64,000 nt of DNA from Thiotrichales bacterium (GCA_947478525.1 CANJVU010000011.1:3453-67452), one strand, 5' to 3'; shown: positions 8,773 to 16,273, counted from the stretch's first letter. The notes: a model not told the origin generated them from the sequence alone. Made by a program: numbers and translations.

Positions 8773-10153
8773 GCAATCTATGCCGAATAAATATATTTCC
8801 TTTTTTCTTTTAATCGCCTTATGTTTACCTGTGGCGATTGCCTGTGTAGACCTTATGGCTGTAAGTGTTGCGCTTAATATAATAATGCGTGAGTTTTCAG
8901 TTTCTGCCGCTGAATCCCAGTGGTTAATCAGCGCTTATACAATAGGCTCAGCCTCATTTCTAATTTTAGTTGGTAAATTGGCTGACCTATATGGCCGTCG
9001 AAAATGGTTGATAATTGGAGTCGCTCTTTTTGGTGCAGCCTCTCTCTTAGCTGGATTTGCTCCTTACATGATTGTTTTAATTATAGCGCGGTTTTTGCAA
9101 GGAGTGGCAAGCTCCATTATGATGACAACGGTAGTTTCAATTATTATTCATCACTTTATTGCAGAGCAACGTACACATGTGCTCGCAAAATGGGTGTTAT
9201 CTTTAGGGGTTGGCTTAGCCTTAGGTCCTCTAGTAGGAGCCTTAATATTACATTTCACGAGTTGGAGATTCATTTTTTTTATCAACGTTCCCATTTGTTT
9301 GTGTGCATATTACTTAATTACAAAATACGCTCCAGAATCCAGAGACACCACAAACAAAATTAAAATAAGCTGGGGAGAGAGCCTTCTTCTTAGCATTACA
9401 TTGATTTTATTGGTGTCTATTCTTTCTGCAAGTGAAGACTGGGGGTGGCGCTCTCTACTCATGTACGAACTCCTAGTTGGTTTTTTACTTTTAATGGTAA
9501 GTTATGCGGTTTTGTTACGATTGAAGGGAAGTACCCTTATCGACTTATCTTTATTTAAATTAAAAAATTACTTTAAAGGCAGTTTTTGTGGATTCCTCTC
9601 ATATTTCTGCATGTACGGATGGCTATTTATTTTTGCACTATACCTACAAAAATATTGCGGCATGAGCCCTATTGAAACCGGCATGATGTTCGTTTCATAT
9701 GCGATTACCTCAGCGGTGTGCGCTCAATATATGGCTAAAATTATTAAAAGCTGGGGGAAAAAGTTTCCCATTCTTATAGGCTTTTCAGTGGCGTTAATTG
9801 CTTTTGTATGGATGTCAAAAATTAATTCTTTCACTCCAATTTGGCAATTGATTTTAATGTCAGCACTTCCTGGCATTATGATAACTTTTGTTAATGTTGC
9901 TTCTATGAATCTAGCGATGAGTGAAGTTCCTTCAGAAAAAACAGGCATTGCTTCGGGTATTTTTTTCACCATACGGTGGCTTGGCGGTTCAATTGGCGTA
10001 GCCATTATTACTTTATTATTTGAGAATGCTAATTATTTTAAAGGATTAAGTAATATAAAAGCAGCGTGTTTAGGGCTGGCTGTTTTTGCCACGCTGGGCT
10101 TATTTTTAGGTGCAAGTATAAAAGCGCCAATAAAACTCATGCCCCGCGAGTAG
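8762..10153 (+). CDS. MFS transporter, DHA2 (EmrB/QacA-like, ~14 TMS) family
   Basis: MFS motif GKLADLYGRRKWLIIG and many hydrophobic segments. An alternative start is the ATG at 8780. Confidence 0.85.
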   Translation: MVYKQSMPNKYISFFLLIALCLPVAIACVDLMAVSVALNIIMREFSVSAAESQWLISAYTIGSASFLILVGKLADLYGRRKWLIIGVALFGAASLLAGFAPYMIVLIIARFLQGVASSIMMTTVVSIIIHHFIAEQRTHVLAKWVLSLGVGLALGPLVGALILHFTSWRFIFFINVPICLCAYYLITKYAPESRDTTNKIKISWGESLLLSITLILLVSILSASEDWGWRSLLMYELLVGFLLLMVSYAVLLRLKGSTLIDLSLFKLKNYFKGSFCGFLSYFCMYGWLFIFALYLQKYCGMSPIETGMMFVSYAITSAVCAQYMAKIIKSWGKKFPILIGFSVALIAFVWMSKINSFTPIWQLILMSALPGIMITFVNVASMNLAMSEVPSEKTGIASGIFFTIRWLGGSIGVAIITLLFENANYFKGLSNIKAACLGLAVFATLGLFLGASIKAPIKLMPRE

Positions 10154-10173
10154 ATATTGATTTATCGGGAACA

Positions 10174-10860
10174 TTATAACTTTAGCGGATTGATTAAAAC
10201 TCTATCATCATAAACATCCGCTTTTTCATATATTTTCAAAAACATGACCAATACACTCAGAAGTGGCGTAATTAGAGCTATCACAGCCAATTCAAATAAA
10301 AAATTATGTAATGAAAGTTCCAATATTACTGAGAATTTAACTACTCCAGCATATGAACCTATAAGCACTAATGTTGCGCTTGTTATTACGGCTATACTGG
10401 ACGAACCCATGCTTCTAAGCCAAAAGAATCTTCCGCGAATCAACGCCTTCCATTTTGCGATGAGATATCCATTGATAAGGCTCGCACAAAATACAGCAAT
10501 GGTACCAGAAATTAAGCCTCTCATATAAAACCATTGCAAATTTTGATAATCGATGGGAGTTGCTATGTTTGAGGCAACGGGGAAAGAAAGTGCAAAATAA
10601 AGAAAAAGTCCAAAAATGTAATCACATAAAAGTCTGAACCATATAATTCGTTTCAGCATTTTAAACCCATAAACCTCAGCAATGCTATCGCCAATAGGAT
10701 AGCATAAAACATATACTAATGGCGATGCGGGAAGAATGAACGAAAAAATATGCACATACCGATACCCTAGTAACGTTGAAGCAATATCAGCTGTGAGGTA
10801 AAGCATGCTAATAAAAGTAAGAAGTTTATATTGAGTTTTTTCAGAATGGTTTAATTCCAC
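10174..10860 (-). CDS. VUT/YhhQ-family (DUF165) queuosine-precursor transporter-like membrane protein
   Basis: Polytopic membrane protein with a YPIGDSIAEVYG motif characteristic of YhhQ-like proteins. Confidence 0.65.
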   Translation of the reverse strand: MELNHSEKTQYKLLTFISMLYLTADIASTLLGYRYVHIFSFILPASPLVYVLCYPIGDSIAEVYGFKMLKRIIWFRLLCDYIFGLFLYFALSFPVASNIATPIDYQNLQWFYMRGLISGTIAVFCASLINGYLIAKWKALIRGRFFWLRSMGSSSIAVITSATLVLIGSYAGVVKFSVILELSLHNFLFELAVIALITPLLSVLVMFLKIYEKADVYDDRVLINPLKL

Positions 10861-11020
10861 TTTAATTGACCTATATTTCTAAAATTTGAACCTTAGTAAA
10901 ACATATTTAAAGGGGTTGTGCAATCTGAATGGTGCAATCGGAAGCTAGCTACTCTGAGTTTAATTTGTTAACATAGAAATAGATGCTATGCATATGAAAG
11001 ACTCACTTTAAGGCATTTAA

Positions 11021-11950
11021 ATGAATAAACAAAAACATCAGCAAAATATTTTTACGTTATTTACCAAGATCTTTAGACAAGAATTGGGAAGGAATAATGA
11101 ACTTCAAGTGTCGTATCGGATTATTAACTTACCTACTGAAAAAGACACACATGTTCACTTCCAAATCATTGGCAAAGGAATTGTTCTTAAAATGACTCCC
11201 GCAAAAATCATGCGCGATGAAATGCTTATGGGATTTAGCAAGGCTGATATCGCATTGATTACGCATTATGGCACCAAAGCTGAGTATCAAGCAGAGTCAA
11301 ATAAAAAACGAGGCATCTTGTCTCGAATCGTTCAGCAACTTTTTGGTGATAAACAATCCGCTTTTTTAATTCATGACGCCGAGCAAGAAAAAGTAATTGA
11401 AAAAACTGCACAGGAACTATATTTTGATCCTTCTACTAAAGAACGTTTTAGCAGTGCTGATGCATTGGTAATTGGTTACAGTGCTGCTGAGGAACGCTAT
11501 CGACAATTAGTAGCTGAAACAAAATTTAAGCCAGAATATGAGATGCTCTCGATTGGAGACGGAGCTGTATTTTATCGTCATCACGAAACACAGCATGTGG
11601 TAAATCAATCTGCTGAAACATTATTCAACACTCCCAAAGTATTCAAAAAATTTAATGCTGATGACAGGAGTCTGATTAGTTATACTGCTGCCGAAGCAAG
11701 ATATCAGAGGATTATGAAGGAAACGAAGGCACAGATTAATTTTAAACTGTGTAATACTGCTCCGGATGATCATAATTGCTGGCAGTACCAATCTCTAAGC
11801 ACTGGCGATTTACTGATGACTTCAGTTGATGCACTATTTTATGATACTAATACCTTGAAGCAATTTAGTGCTGATGACCTTAGTCTTATTGCCTTTGCAG
11901 CGGGCGAGCTTTCTAAAAAGAGACAACTGGAACTTGCGACTACGCATTAG
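11021..11950 (+). CDS. hypothetical protein built from four tandem copies of a ~60-70 aa domain shared with the small ORFs at 12811 and 13938
   Basis: Four repeats each end in a similar stretch:
- MLMGFSKADIALITHYGTKAEYQ
- ERFSSADALVIGYSAAEERYRQL
- KKFNADDRSLISYTAAEARYQRI
- KQFSADDLSLIAFAAGELSKKRQL. Confidence 0.7.
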   Translation: MNKQKHQQNIFTLFTKIFRQELGRNNELQVSYRIINLPTEKDTHVHFQIIGKGIVLKMTPAKIMRDEMLMGFSKADIALITHYGTKAEYQAESNKKRGILSRIVQQLFGDKQSAFLIHDAEQEKVIEKTAQELYFDPSTKERFSSADALVIGYSAAEERYRQLVAETKFKPEYEMLSIGDGAVFYRHHETQHVVNQSAETLFNTPKVFKKFNADDRSLISYTAAEARYQRIMKETKAQINFKLCNTAPDDHNCWQYQSLSTGDLLMTSVDALFYDTNTLKQFSADDLSLIAFAAGELSKKRQLELATTH

Positions 11951-12637
11951 TTAATAATCGGTGCGATGCTGCATCATGCGCGCAATGATAGAATCCCCTA
12001 CCCCCATTTTATGAGTTTGATAACGGGGATCTTGCGCATATAAAAACTTACCGCTGTCGCTCAACACATATTGCCGGAAAATGGCATCTGGCAATTTATT
12101 GATTTTCGCCAATACATAATCACCATCACGCGGTGAAACGTCTGGGTCGAAAATTAAAACCGATCCTTCTGGAAAGCGCCCACTCATGGCTGTACCTTGA
12201 GCGTAGATCACAAAAGCGCGCGACCCTACATTAATATCTAACGCCAGAGTTTCACCCACAAAGTTTTCGACATGTTTATCGAAATCAACGGCTTCGTGAT
12301 AGCTCAAAATAGGTAATTTGCGCAGTCCACTGTTATTGGTTGCTGGCTTGCTGGCAAGCATTTCACCTTTGCTAAACTCCAGCCAATCATATTCAACACC
12401 AAGACGCTGTGCTAATTCACGGCGACGAGCTTTCGCTGGCAGAACTAAACCATTGACCCACTTACCTGCGCCAGCATGAGACAACAAAAACATTTCGGAA
12501 ACATATTGAATACGTCCGTGGTTTTTAGGAGGGATGCCGTTATGATCTAACGCTTGATTCAAACGCGCAGCAAAAGCCAGCAGATGATCGTTATCTGCCG
12601 GTACTTTTTCAACATCGCTTTCTTCATTATGCACCAT
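11951..12637 (-). CDS. phage CI/LexA-like repressor (N-terminal HTH + C-terminal S24 peptidase-like domain)
   Basis: The C-terminal half aligns with lambda CI (FPEGSVLIFDP..., GDYVLAKI, SDSGKFLYAQDPRYQ). The dyad positions read QGTAMS and AIFRQY instead of GxSM and K. The gene is transcribed divergently from the small-ORF module. Confidence 0.85.
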   Translation of the reverse strand: MVHNEESDVEKVPADNDHLLAFAARLNQALDHNGIPPKNHGRIQYVSEMFLLSHAGAGKWVNGLVLPAKARRRELAQRLGVEYDWLEFSKGEMLASKPATNNSGLRKLPILSYHEAVDFDKHVENFVGETLALDINVGSRAFVIYAQGTAMSGRFPEGSVLIFDPDVSPRDGDYVLAKINKLPDAIFRQYVLSDSGKFLYAQDPRYQTHKMGVGDSIIARMMQHRTDY

Positions 12638-12716
12638 CTACTGACAGGCTCCCATGTTAAATTCGGGATCATTATATATAATTTCTTGGTAAAAAGCACT
12701 AAATTTCTCCAAAAAT

Positions 12717-12763
12717 AAAACCAAAATGAAACTATTGACTTTTTAAATTATTTGGTTTTAAAT
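12717..12763 (+). promoter_or_regulatory. candidate promoter plus 9-bp inverted repeat (possible operator), module copy 1
   Basis: TTGACT at 12735-12740, a 17-nt spacer, then TTAAAT at 12758-12763. AAAACCAAA at 12717-12725 and TTTGGTTTT at 12751-12759 form a perfect 9-bp inverted repeat that brackets the -35 box. Confidence 0.35.
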
Positions 12764-12810
12764 GGCATTGTTGTACCGAAACTCACTTTAACTAACACAG
12801 GGGAATGACC

Positions 12811-13047
12811 ATGACTACTTATCAATACCAACTGATCGCTGTTAACCAATCTTTATACACTGATACCAAAATCATTTTTGAAATTCGCAGCGATGCAGGG
12901 TTCACCATCAAATTGCCAGCACTGGAAGTTGCGCATAATGCGGTATTGATGGAAAACATGTCTCCTGCAGATATCAAACGTGTGATGTATTTTGCGGGTG
13001 TATTGGAAGGCACTGCGCAAGCGAAAGAAGTAGAAGTTGCTGCCTAA
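12811..13047 (+). CDS. small protein A1 (78 aa), single-domain member of the repeat family found in the 309-aa protein
   Basis: I chose the start by homology with copy 2 (AGGGGA, 7 nt, ATG). The protein differs from the 13938 paralog at 10 of 78 residues, all conservative. Confidence 0.7.
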   Translation: MTTYQYQLIAVNQSLYTDTKIIFEIRSDAGFTIKLPALEVAHNAVLMENMSPADIKRVMYFAGVLEGTAQAKEVEVAA

Positions 13048-13069
13048 TATCGCGGAGGAGAAAGCGCGC

Positions 13070-13094
13070 GAGGTGAATTTTTTAAGTTCACCTC
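13070..13094 (+). promoter_or_regulatory. conserved hairpin after ORF A1 (no T-tract)
   Basis: GAGGTGAA and TTCACCTC form an 8-bp stem. The equivalent hairpin is retained in copy 2 even though the loop sequence differs. Confidence 0.4.
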
Positions 13095-13128
13095 CCCTAC
13101 CTCTACTAACTTTAACAAGGACTAAGCC

Positions 13129-13365
13129 ATGAAAGCATCTAAACTCAAAACCACCATGACCGAACATCAAGACTTGATCGCACAAACTTTTACCATCACC
13201 CTTACCTTTGCCGATGGCCGCACCAAAAAAGGCTCACCCTTGAAATTGATGGCCAACAAAAAATTGGTGGCATCGTTACCGGAATCCTATGCTATGCGCC
13301 TTGGCTTCTTGGCAGGCGTTGAGCATGTCATCAATCAACGCAAACAGCGCAAAGATTTTAAATAA
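13129..13365 (+). CDS. small protein B (78 aa), present only in module copy 1
   Basis: It lies within the 283-nt segment (13095-13377) that is missing from copy 2. Its C-terminal part (LMANKKLVASLPESYAMRLGFLAGVEH) loosely resembles the same domain family. Confidence 0.55.
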   Translation: MKASKLKTTMTEHQDLIAQTFTITLTFADGRTKKGSPLKLMANKKLVASLPESYAMRLGFLAGVEHVINQRKQRKDFK

Positions 13366-13388
13366 TCGGAGTTCAATGGGAGTACACC

Positions 13389-13514
13389 ATGATTACTCGC
13401 AAAGCCCTTATTATCGAAGAAAACCACGACCCAGAAAGCCAACGAATTTTAATCAGCCTCGCGTATGATGGCAAAATTTTTATTGATTCTCATCGACTGG
13501 TTCCTTGCACGTAA
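13389..13514 (+). CDS. short ORF C (41 aa), conserved in-frame in both module copies; possible CsrA-like remnant
   Basis: Sequence MITRKALIIEENHDPESQRILISLAYDGKIFIDSHRLVPCT. The first ~17 codons are conserved in copy 2 (14231 onward) with an in-frame 3-nt indel. It overlaps the 3' end of the convergent HTH gene by 66 nt. Confidence 0.25.
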   Translation: MITRKALIIEENHDPESQRILISLAYDGKIFIDSHRLVPCT

Positions 13515-13775
13515 AAAAATTGTCCCGCGTGAGATTGCGCAGTTTATCGGTATCTTCTGACAGGCGTTTGGCTCTAAGGTGCCAATATGTGGCGTGGTTG
13601 ATTTGCCGGTAGCGATGCGATGAATGGTCGGCTGCGGAATATTAAGCTCACGCGCCAGATCCATCGCGCGCATTTTCTTTTCGAAGAGCAAGCGACTCAG
13701 AATTTCGTCTAAGGTACCGTGCGTTTCTTTCATCATCTCGGTGGTGTTATTCATAATGGAGACCATTGTATACAA
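13449..13775 (-). CDS. XRE/Cro-CI family HTH regulator (no S24 domain)
   Basis: MRAMDLARELNIPQPTIHRIATGKSTTPH is a canonical HTH_3 motif. The start is ambiguous, with several Met codons between 13775 and 13740. Confidence 0.65.
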   Translation of the reverse strand: MYTMVSIMNNTTEMMKETHGTLDEILSRLLFEKKMRAMDLARELNIPQPTIHRIATGKSTTPHIGTLEPNACQKIPINCAISRGTIFLRARNQSMRINKNFAIIREAD

Positions 13776-13848
13776 TATTCAATATCATTGAAGCCCCCTT
13801 TCTATCAAAAGGTTTAAGGGGTATTTAAAAATATTTTCAAAAATACTG

Positions 13849-13877
13849 TTGACACGACAAAAACTAAAATGTATATT
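13849..13877 (+). promoter_or_regulatory. candidate sigma70 promoter, module copy 2
   Basis: TTGACA at 13849-13854, a 17-nt spacer, then TATATT at 13872-13877. Confidence 0.5.
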
Positions 13878-13937
13878 TAATGCAAGTTAAGCAGAAATGC
13901 ATAACTCAAACCGAAAACTAACAACAGGGGAACGAAC

Positions 13938-14174
13938 ATGAACTCATATCAATACCAACTGATCGCGGTTAACCAATCTTTGTACTCAGATACTAAAATC
14001 ATTTTCGAAATTCGCAGCGATGCAGGTTTCACCATTAAATTACCAGCACTGGAAGTGGCGCATAATGCAATATTGATGGACAACTTGTCTCCTGCAGACA
14101 TCAAGCGTGTAATGTATTTCGCCGGCGTATTGGAAGGCGCTGCGCAAGTGAAAGACGTAGAAATTGCTGCCTAA
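13938..14174 (+). CDS. small protein A2 (78 aa), paralog of A1
   Basis: AGGGGA RBS 7 nt upstream. About 87% amino-acid identity to A1. Confidence 0.7.
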   Translation: MNSYQYQLIAVNQSLYSDTKIIFEIRSDAGFTIKLPALEVAHNAILMDNLSPADIKRVMYFAGVLEGAAQVKDVEIAA

Positions 14175-14196
14175 TATCGCGGAGGAGAAAGCGCTG

Positions 14197-14221
14197 GAGG
14201 TGATTTTCTTAGATTCACCTC
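14197..14221 (+). promoter_or_regulatory. conserved hairpin after ORF A2
   Basis: GAGGTGA and TCACCTC form a 7-bp stem, positionally equivalent to 13070-13094. Confidence 0.4.
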
Positions 14222-14322
14222 ACCGGGAGTACGCCACAATTACTCGCAAAGCGGTTATCGAAGAAAACCACGATCCAGACAGTCAACACTTTATATATCT
14301 AGGAGATTCGAGTGATTCAGAA

Positions 14323-14399
14323 TGGTCGGAGTGACAGGAATCGAACCTGCGGCCTCTGCTTCCCGAAAGCAGCGCTCTACCAAGCTGAGCTACACTCCG
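14323..14399 (-). tRNA. tRNA-Pro (anticodon CGG)
   Basis: The reverse complement reads CGGAGTGTAGCTCAGCTTGGTAGAGCGCTGCTTTCGGGAAGCAGAGGCCGCAGGTTCGATTCCTGTCACTCCGACCA. It has a 7-bp acceptor stem, a D-loop (AGCTCAGCTTGGTAGAGC), the anticodon loop TTCGGGA, a T-arm (GGTTCGATTCC) and an encoded CCA. Confidence 0.92.
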
Positions 14400-14441
14400 A
14401 TGTACGCCGGCATTTTACCGATTACGAACAAAAAAAACAAT

Positions 14442-15410
14442 CTAGTTTTTACGCGCCGTGGCCTGATCACATAAGGCTATCAACGCTTTTTTGTAATCGG
14501 TTTCTGGTAAAAATTGAATGGCTGCTCTGGCGGCTTCTGCTTCTTTTTTGGCGCAGTCACGGGTGTACTCTAATGCACCGCAATCTTCTATAATTTGCTT
14601 GATACGCTCGAGTTGATCGACTTTACCATGCTTGATGGCATCACGAATGATATCAGCATCGGCTTTCGATGCTTGCTGTATCGCATAAATTAAGGGCAAC
14701 GTGGTTTTACCTTCACTTAAATCATCGCCGGCATTTTTACCCATTTCAGCGGCGGTTGATACGTAATCCATCATGTCATCAACCATCTGGAAAGCCAACC
14801 CCAACTTATTACCATAAATGGTCATCGCCTGGCGCTCTTGGACAGAAGCATTCGCTAAAATGGCAGGGATCACCGTCGAGGCCTCGAACAGTTTAGCCGT
14901 TTTATTTTCAATCACACACATATACTCTTCGTAAGTGGTATCAGGATTATGGCAATTAATCAGCTGTAACATTTCACCTTCAGCAATTTGGTTATAAATC
15001 TCTGCCAATACCGACAACGCTTCAATATTGCCAATATGCACCAACAATTGAAACGTGCGTGAATACAAGAAATCACCACCCAATACTGCGGCGGAGTTGC
15101 CCCAAATCACATTCGCCGTGGGTTTGCCGCGACGCAGATCCGACACATCTACCACGTCATCATGTAATAAAGTAGAAGTATGAATAAATTCAATACTGGC
15201 CGCTAAGTGAATCGCATCGTCCAGCGGACAAGCTAATGCCCTAGAAACCAGCAATACCAGCAACGGCCGAATGCGTTTGCCGCCACTGTTCACAATATGA
15301 TTACCAATTTCCGTGATCAATGACACGCGTGATGACAAAGAACGTTGAATCAACGCATTGGTTTCGTCCATATCCGGTTTAATCAATTGTTCAATCTGTT
15401 GAAAATTCAT
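14442..15410 (-). CDS. ispB: octaprenyl-diphosphate synthase
   Basis: Polyprenyl synthase motifs LLHDDVVD and FQMVDDMMD. I trimmed the start to MNFQQIEQL (322 aa). The position divergent from rplU is the conserved arrangement. Confidence 0.9.
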   Translation of the reverse strand: MNFQQIEQLIKPDMDETNALIQRSLSSRVSLITEIGNHIVNSGGKRIRPLLVLLVSRALACPLDDAIHLAASIEFIHTSTLLHDDVVDVSDLRRGKPTANVIWGNSAAVLGGDFLYSRTFQLLVHIGNIEALSVLAEIYNQIAEGEMLQLINCHNPDTTYEEYMCVIENKTAKLFEASTVIPAILANASVQERQAMTIYGNKLGLAFQMVDDMMDYVSTAAEMGKNAGDDLSEGKTTLPLIYAIQQASKADADIIRDAIKHGKVDQLERIKQIIEDCGALEYTRDCAKKEAEAARAAIQFLPETDYKKALIALCDQATARKN

Positions 15411-15490
15411 TTTTTGCTTCTGCTTAGACCATCGAACCTGTATGCTAGGAGATGGCTGAAACGAAGTCAAGCATACTTCAGAAAAATCCC

Positions 15491-15519
15491 TTGCTACTCG
15501 CGTTGTTTTTCTATAGAAT
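15491..15519 (+). promoter_or_regulatory. candidate rplU-rpmA promoter
   Basis: TTGCTA at 15491-15496, a 17-nt spacer, then TAGAAT at 15514-15519. Confidence 0.45.
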
Positions 15520-15569
15520 TGTCGAGCTTTGATGTAAAGTAACAGAAAATTTGAGTTTTGGAGCGCAAC

Positions 15570-15974
15570 ATGTACGCTGTGATTTTAAGTGGTGGTAAAC
15601 AACATCGCGTCACCTCAGGTGAAGTGGTAAAATTAGAAAAAATTGAACAAGGCATTGGCGAACAAGTTGAGTTCGATCAAGTCTTGATGACCTCAAAAGA
15701 AGGCACCGTGCAATTGGGCACACCTTATGTTGCTGGCCATAAAGTAATTGGTGAAATTGTTGAACAAGGTCGTGGCGACAAAATACGGATTATCAAATTC
15801 CGTCGTCGTAAACACCACATGAAACATCAAGGTCATCGTCAATACTTCACGGCGGTGAAAATCATCAGCCTTGGTTTGGGTGACACATTAGCACCTGCAA
15901 AAACCGAAAAAGTAGCAAAAGCTCCGGCGGCCAAAAAAGCCACCAAAGCGAAAGCAGAAAAAGCAGCAGAATAA
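15570..15974 (+). CDS. rplU: 50S ribosomal protein L21 with a Lys/Ala-rich C-terminal extension
   Basis: [14 protein letters not shown]...[15 protein letters not shown] is canonical L21. About 30 extra residues follow: [27 protein letters not shown]. Confidence 0.95.
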   Translation: MYAVILSGGKQHRVTSGEVVKLEKIEQGIGEQVEFDQVLMTSKEGTVQLGTPYVAGHKVIGEIVEQGRGDKIRIIKFRRRKHHMKHQGHRQYFTAVKIISLGLGDTLAPAKTEKVAKAPAAKKATKAKAEKAAE

Positions 15975-15986
15975 GGGGATTGAACC

Positions 15987-16250
15987 ATGGCACATAAGAA
16001 AGCGGGTGGTAGTACACGTAATGGTCGTGACTCCAACCCGAAAATGCTCGGTGTTAAACGTTTCGGCGGACAAGCAGTAACCGGCGGCAACATTATTATC
16101 CGTCAACGTGGCACACGCGTACACCCTGGTGTAAACGTGGGTTGTGGTCGTGATCACACCTTATTTGCAATGGCAGATGGAACGGTTGAGTTCCAACAAA
16201 AAGGTCCACACAACCGTACTTATGTGAACGTACGTCCAGTACAAGCGTAG
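15987..16250 (+). CDS. rpmA: 50S ribosomal protein L27
   Basis: [19 protein letters not shown]...RQRGT is canonical L27. Confidence 0.97.
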   Translation: MAHKKAGGSTRNGRDSNPKMLGVKRFGGQAVTGGNIIIRQRGTRVHPGVNVGCGRDHTLFAMADGTVEFQQKGPHNRTYVNVRPVQA

Positions 16251-16273
16251 GGTTTAGGGAATAATTTAAAAAA

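Larger units (their letters stand above)
12790..13096 (+). repeat. copy 1 of a diverged ~310-bp direct duplication (small ORF A plus downstream hairpin)
   Basis: Aligns base-by-base with 13916-14222, roughly 85-90% identical by eye. The alignment covers the RBS, the ORF, the TAATATCGCGGAGGAGAAAGCGC tail and the hairpin. Confidence 0.8.
13916..14222 (+). repeat. copy 2 of the diverged direct duplication
   Basis: See copy 1. The duplication continues at 14225-14296, which matches 13378-13450. The ORF B segment is absent from this copy. Confidence 0.8.

Noticed and set aside
12822-13185. Minus-strand ORFs of 63 and 110 aa across small ORF A1 and its hairpin.
   Set aside because: The plus-strand frame is the one conserved, with conservative substitutions, between the two module copies. 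The antisense frames are not.
14312-14593. A 93-aa plus-strand ORF spanning the tRNA-Pro gene and the ispB 3' end.
   Set aside because: It overlaps a well-formed tRNA and lies antisense to ispB. It has no RBS and no recognisable protein features.
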